Below are positions 56,892 to 64,000 of a DNA stretch of 64,000 nt, one piece after another. Numbering within the stretch: position 1 is the stretch's first letter; each line of letters opens with the position of its first letter. A model generated the notes under the pieces. It worked only from the letters and a program-made list of their open reading frames with translations. It searched no databases and had not been told where the DNA came from. The DNA comes from an uncultured Duncaniella sp. (GTDB lineage Bacteria; Bacteroidota; Bacteroidia; Bacteroidales; Muribaculaceae), in NCBI GenBank assembly GCA_910586665.1, contig CAJUIX010000014.1:19726-83725 (forward strand), in the 5' to 3' direction. The translations under genes were made by a program, and so were the position numbers.

Positions 56892-59678
56892 TTAGTGGGC
56901 TTCGAGCCAGTTGGGGGCGATGCCGGCGGAGACGGTCAGGGGGACGGCGCCGTGGAAGGAGTCCTCCATCTGGCTGATGACCAGCCCGCGCATCTCCTCT
57001 AATTCTTCGGGGTGGATGTTGAAGATGAGTTCGTCGTGGACCTGCATAATCATGCGCGAGCGCAGTCCCCGGCGCTCCATCTCATTATATATACGGACCA
57101 TTGCCACCTTTATTATATCGGCGGCGGAGCCTTGGATGGGGGCGTTGACGGCATTGCGCTCGGCATAGCCGCGGACCACGGCATTGCGCGAGTTGATGTC
57201 GGGAAGGTAGCGGCGTCGTCCCATCTTGGTGGTGACGTAGCCCTTCTCGCGGGCTGTCTCTACGGCTTTCTCGAGGTAGTCTCGGATGTGGGGGTAGGTC
57301 GAGAAGTAGCCTTCTATGAGTTTCTTGGCTTCGGCGCGGGCAATTCCGAGACGCTCGGCGAGTCCAAAGGCCGAGATGCCGTAGATGATGCCGAAATTGG
57401 CGGTTTTGGCGTGGCGGCGTTGGTCGTCGGTGACCTCGGCGAGGGGTATGCCGTGGATTTTCGATGCCGTGATGCGGTGGATGTCGTCGCCGGAGAGGAA
57501 GCCGTCAATCATATCCTTGTCGGCCGAGAGGTCTGCGATGAGGCGCAGCTCTATCTGCGAGTAGTCGGCGCTCATGATGAGATTGCCCGGGTCGGCTATG
57601 AAGGCACGGCGTATCTCGCGACCCTCGTCGGTGCGGATAGGGATGTTCTGGAGGTTGGGGTTGGTTGACGAGATGCGGCCCGTGGCGGTGACTGTCTGGT
57701 TGTAGGAGGTGTGGATTTTGCCGGTCTTCCTGTTGATGAGTTCGGGGAGGGCGTCAAGGTAGGTAGTGATGAGCTTCTTCAGCCTGCGGATTTTCAGGAT
57801 GAGGCTCACGAGGGGCACCTTGGCGGCATATTTTTCAAGAATCTGCTCGGTGGTGGAGTAGGAGCCGCGGGCCGTCTTCTTGGCCTTGGGATCTATGCGC
57901 AGGCGCTCGAAGAGCACCATGCCCACCTGTGCGGGGGAGCCGATGTTGAAGGGACCTCCGGCCATTTCATAGGCTTCCTCCTCGAGGGCTTCGACGCGCT
58001 TCTTGAGCTTGGCCGAAAGCTCGGTGAGGACGGAGGTGTCGATGCGCACGCCGGTGTACTCCATCTCGGCGAGCACGCGGATGAGGGGGAGCTCCACCTC
58101 GTCGAGGAGCGGGAGCATGTCGCGGCTGCCTATTTCCTCGCTCAGCATCGGGCGCAGCCGCAGGCTGAGGTCGGCCTCCTCGCAGTAGCGCCCGATGGCT
58201 GCCGGAAGGTCGAGGGCTTTCTTGGGGTGGCCGCTCTTGGCGTCAGGCTCCACGCCTTCCAGCTCGATGTGGAGATACTTGGCCACGACGTAGCGCAGCT
58301 CGTGTTTCATCTCCGGGTCGATGAGATAGTGGGCCACGGCTGTGTCGAAGTAGGGAGCCGTCAGCTCGATGCCGGCATTTTTGAGCAGGAGCATGTCACG
58401 CTTGACGTCGTGGCTGACGAGGGTGTGGCTCTTGTCGGTGAAGAGCGGTTCGATGACCGAGAGCATCTCTGCGCGGGCGTCGCCGCGGCCGAGTGGGATG
58501 TAGACGGCGCTACACTCGTCGATGCTCAGGGCTATGCCCTGCCAGTCGGCGCTCATGGCCTCCTCACCGACGGCATAGAGGGCCATGCCGATAGCCGGGG
58601 CCTTGGCTATGCGCGAGATTTCGGCTGCTGCCTCGGCGGGGGTGGAGGCCACGGTGTAGCTGCGCTCCTCGCAGGCGGGGCGAAGCACCGCTTCGGCGGC
58701 CTCCTCGGCGATGTCGAAGAGGGAGGCCATTCCTGACTCGTCGGGCACGGCAGATGCCGGACTTTCTGCCGGGGCGGTTGGCGCCACGGTGTCGGCGGCC
58801 TTCTTTGTGGCTTTGAGGCGTGCGAGCAGGGTGCGGAACTCGAGTTCGCCGTAGATTTCGGCAAGCTTGTCGATGTCAATTTCCTTGCGCACGAGTTCGT
58901 CAGGCTCGATGTCGATAGGGACGTCGGTCTTTATCGTGGCGAGGTATTTCGACATGCGGATTTTGTCGGCGTTCTCGATGACCTTCTTCTGGAGCGCGCC
59001 TTTGAGCTTGTCGGTGTTCTCGAGGAGGTTTTCGACGCTGCCCCATGCCTCGATGAGGGTGCGGGCGGTCTTTTCGCCGACGCCGGGACAGCCCGGGATG
59101 TTGTCGGAGGCGTCACCCTCGAGGGCGAGCAGGTCGATGACCTGGCGCGGGTTGGAGATGCCGTACTTCTCGCAGACGCGGGCGCTGTCGCGGATTTCGA
59201 AGCCCTCGCCGCGGAGCGAGGGGCGGTACATGAAGATGTGTTCGTCGACGAGCTGTCCGTAGTCCTTGTCGGGGGTCATCATGAAGGTGTCGAAGCCCTC
59301 CTTGCCGGCGCGGACGGCGAGTGTCCCGATGACGTCGTCGGCCTCGAAGCCGGCCACCTCTATGACGGGGATGCGGTAGGCTTCGAGTATGCGTTTGATG
59401 TAGGGGATAGAGGCGGTGATGTCCTCCGGCTGCTTGTCGCGCTGGGCCTTGTAGTCGGGATACTCCTCGTGGCGGAAGGTGACGCCGTGGGGCGGGTCGA
59501 AGCAGACCGCGATATGCGAGGGATTCTCCTTGCGCAGGAGCTCGTCGAGGGTGTTGCAGAAGCCGAATATTGCCGATGTGTTGAAGCCCGCCGCAGTGAA
59601 GCGTGGCGAGCGGATGAGGGCGTAGTAGGCGCGGTAGATGAGCGCGTAGGCGTCGAGAAGGAACAGGCGTTTCTCCAT
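56892..59678 (-). CDS. polA: DNA polymerase I
   Basis: 5'-3' exonuclease (EADD, GDASDNIPG); TGRISS, ADYSQIELR, KTANFGIIYG, QVHDEL. Confidence 0.98.
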   Translation of the reverse strand: MEKRLFLLDAYALIYRAYYALIRSPRFTAAGFNTSAIFGFCNTLDELLRKENPSHIAVCFDPPHGVTFRHEEYPDYKAQRDKQPEDITASIPYIKRILEAYRIPVIEVAGFEADDVIGTLAVRAGKEGFDTFMMTPDKDYGQLVDEHIFMYRPSLRGEGFEIRDSARVCEKYGISNPRQVIDLLALEGDASDNIPGCPGVGEKTARTLIEAWGSVENLLENTDKLKGALQKKVIENADKIRMSKYLATIKTDVPIDIEPDELVRKEIDIDKLAEIYGELEFRTLLARLKATKKAADTVAPTAPAESPASAVPDESGMASLFDIAEEAAEAVLRPACEERSYTVASTPAEAAAEISRIAKAPAIGMALYAVGEEAMSADWQGIALSIDECSAVYIPLGRGDARAEMLSVIEPLFTDKSHTLVSHDVKRDMLLLKNAGIELTAPYFDTAVAHYLIDPEMKHELRYVVAKYLHIELEGVEPDAKSGHPKKALDLPAAIGRYCEEADLSLRLRPMLSEEIGSRDMLPLLDEVELPLIRVLAEMEYTGVRIDTSVLTELSAKLKKRVEALEEEAYEMAGGPFNIGSPAQVGMVLFERLRIDPKAKKTARGSYSTTEQILEKYAAKVPLVSLILKIRRLKKLITTYLDALPELINRKTGKIHTSYNQTVTATGRISSTNPNLQNIPIRTDEGREIRRAFIADPGNLIMSADYSQIELRLIADLSADKDMIDGFLSGDDIHRITASKIHGIPLAEVTDDQRRHAKTANFGIIYGISAFGLAERLGIARAEAKKLIEGYFSTYPHIRDYLEKAVETAREKGYVTTKMGRRRYLPDINSRNAVVRGYAERNAVNAPIQGSAADIIKVAMVRIYNEMERRGLRSRMIMQVHDELIFNIHPEELEEMRGLVISQMEDSFHGAVPLTVSAGIAPNWLEAH

Positions 59679-59724
59679 GTAAAGTTTCAGTGGCTTGGGG
59701 TCAGGGCTATGTTTTTAATAAGAA

Positions 59725-60159
59725 TCAGGGTATGGCTTTGCGCAGGAACTCCGTGAACTGTGTCTTGTCCATGAAGCCGACAGTGGAGCTGATGGTGCCG
59801 TCGGGCATTAGGATGCTCACCTGCGGGATGGCCGAGACTTCGAACTGGCGTGCGGCCTCGGGGGAGTTGTCGACGTTGACCGACATGAAGATTGCCTTAC
59901 CCTTGTATTCCTTGGCGGTCTCGGTGAAGATAGGGGCGAAGCGCTGGCAGGGACCGCACCACGTCGCGTTGAAGTCGATGACTATCGGGAGGGCCTTGTC
60001 GGGCGAGATAGCCTCGTTCTGGGCATATTCGACCGGGCCGTTTGTGCCGGCCTCGGCCAGGCTGTCCTTCTTTTGCTCGGCGTTGGCATTGCTGCCGCTC
60101 CCGCAGGCGGAGAGGATGAAGCCGGCGACTGTGGCGATGATTAATTTTCTTAAAATCAT
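59725..60159 (-). CDS. Thioredoxin-domain lipoprotein
   Basis: Start MILRKLII with lipobox LSAC; WCGPC; cis-Pro AIP. Confidence 0.9.
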   Translation of the reverse strand: MILRKLIIATVAGFILSACGSGSNANAEQKKDSLAEAGTNGPVEYAQNEAISPDKALPIVIDFNATWCGPCQRFAPIFTETAKEYKGKAIFMSVNVDNSPEAARQFEVSAIPQVSILMPDGTISSTVGFMDKTQFTEFLRKAIP

Positions 60160-60320
60160 GGTGTTTTTACTTAGTAAAGTTTGTTTGGTTCGACAAATGA
60201 AAGCCCACATTTCCCGGCCTCTGATGCAGGGGGTGCATAGAGTTGGAGAAACGTGGGCTGAAAAAGGTATCCTATAGCCCGGAGGCTATTGTGTCCGTAC
60301 CGTTTTGGTGCCGTCGCCGA

Positions 60321-61256
60321 TTAAAGGGCGGTAGCGAGGGCAGCGTTGGTCTTGTGGACAGCTTCGGCGCTCTTGTGGAAGAGTTCTTTCTCGTCGGCGT
60401 TGAGGTCAAACTCGACGATTTTCTCGATACCGTCCTTGCCGATGATACAGGGAACGCCGATGCAGAGATCCTTCTCGCCATATTCTCCGTCGAGGAGGGC
60501 AGAGCAGCTGATGAGCTTCTTCTCGTTGTGGAGGACGGCCTTGACCATCTGTGCTCCGGCCGCACCTGGTGCATACCAAGCGGAAGTGCCGAGGAGCTTG
60601 GTTAGGGTTGCGCCGCCTACCATAGTGTCGGCAGCAATCTTGGCGAGCTGGTCGGCAGAGAGGTAGTTGGAAGCGGGCACGCCGCGATAGGCAGCGTAGC
60701 GCACGAGGGGAATCATTGTTGTGTCGCCGTGGCCTCCGATGACGATGCCTTCGACCTCGGTCGGGTTGGCATTGAGACCGATTGAGAGGAAGTATTTGAA
60801 GCGGGCGCTGTCAAGAGCACCGCCCATGCCGATGATACGGTTCTTGGGGAGACCGCTCACTTTGTGGATGAGGTAGGTCATGGTGTCCATCGGGTTGGAG
60901 ATGCAGATGATGATAGCGTTGGGTGAGTGCTTGAGCAGCTGGTCGGTCACAGACTTTACGATGCCGGCGTTGACACCGATGAGCTCCTCGCGGGTCATTC
61001 CGGGCTTGCGGGGGATGCCTGAGGTGATGACAACAACGTCGCTGCCTGCGGTCATCTCGTAGTCGTTGGTGACGCCGATCAGGCGGGTGTTGATGTTGAG
61101 GATATTGGCGGTCTGCATGATGTCCATAGCCTTACCCTCGGAAACGCCTTCCTTGATGTCGAGGAGGACGACTTCGTCGGCAATGCCATACTTGACAATC
61201 ACGTCAGCACAAGTAGCGCCCACGTTGCCGGCGCCTACAACTGTAACCTTTGACAT
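60321..61256 (-). CDS. mdh: Malate dehydrogenase (LDH-like)
   Basis: GAGNVG, GIPRKPGMTR (Arg specificity residue), SNPMD, LDSARF, GGHGD. -7 element TAAATTTG at 61326-61333. Confidence 0.96.
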   Translation of the reverse strand: MSKVTVVGAGNVGATCADVIVKYGIADEVVLLDIKEGVSEGKAMDIMQTANILNINTRLIGVTNDYEMTAGSDVVVITSGIPRKPGMTREELIGVNAGIVKSVTDQLLKHSPNAIIICISNPMDTMTYLIHKVSGLPKNRIIGMGGALDSARFKYFLSIGLNANPTEVEGIVIGGHGDTTMIPLVRYAAYRGVPASNYLSADQLAKIAADTMVGGATLTKLLGTSAWYAPGAAGAQMVKAVLHNEKKLISCSALLDGEYGEKDLCIGVPCIIGKDGIEKIVEFDLNADEKELFHKSAEAVHKTNAALATAL

Positions 61257-61388
61257 AAATAATTTGCTTTAAAGTATTTATAGAATTGAATGATATGTAC
61301 TCTTTCCAGTCAGTGTCTGACAATGCAAATTTACAGAAAAGTTTTCATCCGCAAGCTATATTTTCATATAATTTAGTGAAAAATTTCT

Positions 61389-62750
61389 CTAATTTCCCCC
61401 GGCCGTTATTATTTCGAGGGCTTTGGTGAGGGCTTGGTCGGCGGCGACGGGGATGTCGGGGATGGTGCCGTGGATGGGGTCGCCGTCCTTGGCGCCGTAG
61501 TGGTAGAAAATCTTCCAGGGGACTATGACTCTTATCCCGCTGTGGGGGAGGACGCGGCGTATGATGTCGCCGGTCGAGATGTTGACGCCGCCGGTCTCCT
61601 CGCCGATGACGGTGCCGGGGACGAATTTCCAGTATTCCCATGCGAAGTTAGAAGCGGAGGAGTAGGTGCGCGGGCTGATGAGCAGGTATGTCTTGCCGTC
61701 GAAGCGGAATTTGGGGTCGTAGGGGAGGTGGAGGTTGTAGTCCGAGGCGTTGGTGTAGTCGTAGACGGTATCTTTGCCGACTTTTTGGTTGTAGTATAGC
61801 GCGACGGTCTTTGATTTACGGATTTTCGAGCCTCCGAAGCCGCTGAATGGGCGGTCGGTCAGATAGCGGCAGATTTCGTCGCCGGTGTCGGAGTTGCCTC
61901 CGCCGTTATTGCGGACGTCGATGATGAGGTGTTTGACGCCGTCGCGCTTGGCTTCGGCAAACATCTTGCGTGCGAAATAGTTGAAGCCGTCAAGGTCGCA
62001 GCTGTTGAAGGTGAAGAGCATCACGGAGTCGTTGAGCATCTTGTAGGAGTAAGGCTCGTCGCTGCCTGGGTCGGTCGGCTCGGCCATGTCATTATAGCCG
62101 ACGGCTTTGAGGCGTAGATTGAGCGTCGGCCTCAGTTTTGAGTGCTCGTCTCCGTCGAGCATGGTTATGTCATAGACTGTGTCTGTCGGATTTTCACACC
62201 ATAGGTATCTTCCAAAACGGTTTGCGAGACTCTCGCAGCGGAAGGCGTCGGTCTCGCCCGAGGTCATAGGCATATATTGCCTGACCATGTCCTCGACTTT
62301 GCGGCCATTGATTGACAGAAGTTTTGAGCCGCGTTTGAGCTTTTGGCCCTCGACTTCGGCGTCGCAGCTGAGGATGACGTCGTGGCTTCCGGGGACAACT
62401 TTGAGTATTCGTGTCAAGGGGAGTGCTTTGGGGGTCACTCCGGGTATCTTTTTGGGTAAATTGACCGAAAGGTGGCCTTGGTTGAACATCCCGGTGAGGC
62501 GCGAGAGCTTCAGATAATGGCTGAAGATGTCGATGCTGTCGGCGGCCAGTGTCCTCTTGCTCTCGGCAACGGCGGCATAGAAGGTCTCCTTTGGGAGCTG
62601 CATGTAGGGGTCGACCTCGACCTCCTCGATGAGGCTGACGAGGGAGTCGATGTCCTCGACAGCCTGCTGGCGGGAGAGTTTGGGGAGGGTCTGTGATGAG
62701 GCTGTCAGGGTAGTGGCTGCAAAGAGTAGGATGGTGATGGATTTGAGCAT
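61389..62750 (-). CDS. S41 family peptidase, secreted
   Basis: Signal peptide; QGH, PDZ-like LLSING, IIDVRNNGGG, TYSSA, IGEETGG, PDI. Confidence 0.88.
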   Translation of the reverse strand: MLKSITILLFAATTLTASSQTLPKLSRQQAVEDIDSLVSLIEEVEVDPYMQLPKETFYAAVAESKRTLAADSIDIFSHYLKLSRLTGMFNQGHLSVNLPKKIPGVTPKALPLTRILKVVPGSHDVILSCDAEVEGQKLKRGSKLLSINGRKVEDMVRQYMPMTSGETDAFRCESLANRFGRYLWCENPTDTVYDITMLDGDEHSKLRPTLNLRLKAVGYNDMAEPTDPGSDEPYSYKMLNDSVMLFTFNSCDLDGFNYFARKMFAEAKRDGVKHLIIDVRNNGGGNSDTGDEICRYLTDRPFSGFGGSKIRKSKTVALYYNQKVGKDTVYDYTNASDYNLHLPYDPKFRFDGKTYLLISPRTYSSASNFAWEYWKFVPGTVIGEETGGVNISTGDIIRRVLPHSGIRVIVPWKIFYHYGAKDGDPIHGTIPDIPVAADQALTKALEIITAGGN

Positions 62751-62760
62751 GAAAGGTTTG

Positions 62761-62886
62761 GAGTATAGAGTTTAAAGTATAGAGTATAGAGGGGCGTTAA
62801 GGACTTTAATGACTTTAAGGTCTTTAATGACTTTAGGGACTTTAAGAACCTTAGGGGCTTTAAAGATTTTAGGGTTTTTAGGGGCT
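62761..62886. repeat. Adjacent degenerate tandem arrays: about 4 x 7 bp (GAGTATA) and 10 x 9 bp (TTARGGACT-like)
   Basis: 7-mers at 62761-62791; ten in-phase 9-mers at 62797-62886, each beginning TTA. Confidence 0.85.
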
Positions 62887-62890
62887 TTCT

Positions 62891-62933
62891 AAAAATAACG
62901 CAGGGTGCGGCCGGATTGCCGGCGCACCCTGCG
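62891..62933 (-). terminator. pckA terminator
   Basis: CGCAGGGTGCG..CGCACCCTGCG followed by TTATTTTT on the minus strand. Confidence 0.85.
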
Positions 62934-62993
62934 GAGTATTCTTGGTGATTCAGGCAACGGCCCCGGAGGGACGCTGTCGGAGTGTCAGATTTT

Positions 62994-64000
62994 TTACTTT
63001 TCGATGTGAGGACCGGCGGCAACGAGAGCCTTGCCTGCTGCGTGGCCTTCAAACTTCTTGAAGTTGTTGATGAACATTTCGGCGAGCTTGTCGGCCTTCT
63101 TGGTCCATTCTGCGGGATCGGTGTAGGTGTCGCGGGGATCGAGGATCTTGGGATCTACGCCAGGGAGCTCGGTCGGGACGGTGAAGTCGAAGATCGGGAG
63201 CTGCTTGGTCGGGGCGGTGAGGATAGCACCGTCGAGGATGGCGTCGATGATGCCGCGGGTGTCGCGGATAGAGATACGCTTGCCTGTGCCGTTCCAGCCG
63301 GTGTTCACGAGATATGCCTTGGCGCCGCTCTGCTCCATGCGCTTAACGAGCTCTTCGGCATACTTGGTGGGGTGGAGCGAAAGGAAGGCTGCGCCGAAGC
63401 AGGCCGAGAAGGTCGGGGTCGGCTCGGTGATGCCGCGCTCTGTGCCGGCGAGCTTGCTGGTGAAGCCGGAGAGGAAGTAGTACTTGGTCTGCTCGGGAGT
63501 CAGGATAGACACGGGGGGGAGCACACCGAAGGCGTCGGCTGAAAGGAAGATCACGTTCTTTGCGGCGGGACCACGGGAGGGAACGATGATGTTCTGGATA
63601 TGGTTGATCGGGTAGCTTACGCGGGTGTTCTCGGTCACGCTCTTGTCGGTGAAGTCAATCTTGCCTTCTGCGTCGACAGTCACGTTCTCGAGGAGTGCGT
63701 CGCGGGTGATGGCGTTGTAGATGTCAGGCTCGCTCTCCTTGTCGAGGTTGATGACCTTGGCATAGCAGCCGCCCTCGTAGTTGAAGACGCCGTTGTCGTC
63801 CCAGCCGTGCTCGTCGTCGCCGATTAGGAGGCGCTTCGGGTCGGTCGAGAGAGTGGTCTTGCCTGTGCCGGAGAGGCCGAAGAAGATAGCTGTGTTCTCG
63901 CCCTTCTTGTCGGTGTTGGCCGAGCAGTGCATCGAAGCGATACCGCGGAGGGGGTTGTAGTAGTTCATGATCGAGAACATGCCCTTCTTCATCTCGCCGC
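62994..64000 (-). CDS. pckA: Phosphoenolpyruvate carboxykinase (ATP), 5' end outside window
   Basis: [42 protein letters not shown]. Frame open to the window edge. Confidence 0.96.
   Translation of the reverse strand, partial: GEMKKGMFSIMNYYNPLRGIASMHCSANTDKKGENTAIFFGLSGTGKTTLSTDPKRLLIGDDEHGWDDNGVFNYEGGCYAKVINLDKESEPDIYNAITRDALLENVTVDAEGKIDFTDKSVTENTRVSYPINHIQNIIVPSRGPAAKNVIFLSADAFGVLPPVSILTPEQTKYYFLSGFTSKLAGTERGITEPTPTFSACFGAAFLSLHPTKYAEELVKRMEQSGAKAYLVNTGWNGTGKRISIRDTRGIIDAILDGAILTAPTKQLPIFDFTVPTELPGVDPKILDPRDTYTDPAEWTKKADKLAEMFINNFKKFEGHAAGKALVAAGPHIEK

Noticed and set aside
62797..62886. CRISPR array
   Set aside because: Contiguous 9-bp units with no spacers, and no cas genes in the window.
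62705..63052. 115-aa ORF with LKS repeats
   Set aside because: It is a translation of the non-coding 9-bp array, crosses the pckA terminator and overlaps two real genes.
12000..64000. Numerous long antisense or alternate-frame ORFs (e.g. 18352-19356, 25570-26550, 34245-35336, 57711-58736)
   Set aside because: Expected stop-codon-poor shadows of GC3-rich genes, with no motifs.
1..64000. tRNA/rRNA genes, IS transposases, prophage genes
   Set aside because: None recognised by eye; tRNAscan-SE and ISEScan would confirm.

Overview
Chromosomal window from a high-GC Bacteroidales bacterium. Muribaculaceae is my inference from TAnnTTTG promoters, a T9SS porZ gene and the intergenic repeat style. 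Bases 1-~11.7 kb are the right part of a lower-GC, horizontally acquired defence island. It holds a type I R-M operon (hsdM-DUF1016-hsdS-hsdR) followed immediately by a very AT-rich, tightly coupled module: an unknown protein with 2 C-terminal TM helices, a PIN-GNAT-PUA/EVE-like fusion, an ASCH protein and an HNH nuclease. The island ends at a candidate att site near 11.6 kb. This module is the best candidate for an uncharacterised defence system. Next come a carboxylesterase, a REP/BIME-like element and a deletion scar joining the 3' tip of a hybrid two-component (AraC) gene back-to-back with the 3' tip of a GH3 gene. The rest is core genome: comM, metH, CE2 esterase, rplS, hpt, adk, xseB, M13 peptidase, manA, porZ, rdgB, the dcw cluster rsmH..ftsZ (no mraZ; FtsA has a long Gln/Pro/Tyr tail), tricorn protease, EamA, OmpA, glutaminyl cyclase, rubrerythrin-PerR, lpxH, DUF59, polA, thioredoxin, mdh, S41 peptidase and pckA (partial). 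Elements missing from the ORF track include a ~85-nt sRNA candidate, a 47-aa membrane protein, a Per-box-like operator, dispersed GTAG-type REPs and a 9-bp tandem array. All calls come from reading motifs by eye. No database searches were run, and GC statements are visual estimates.
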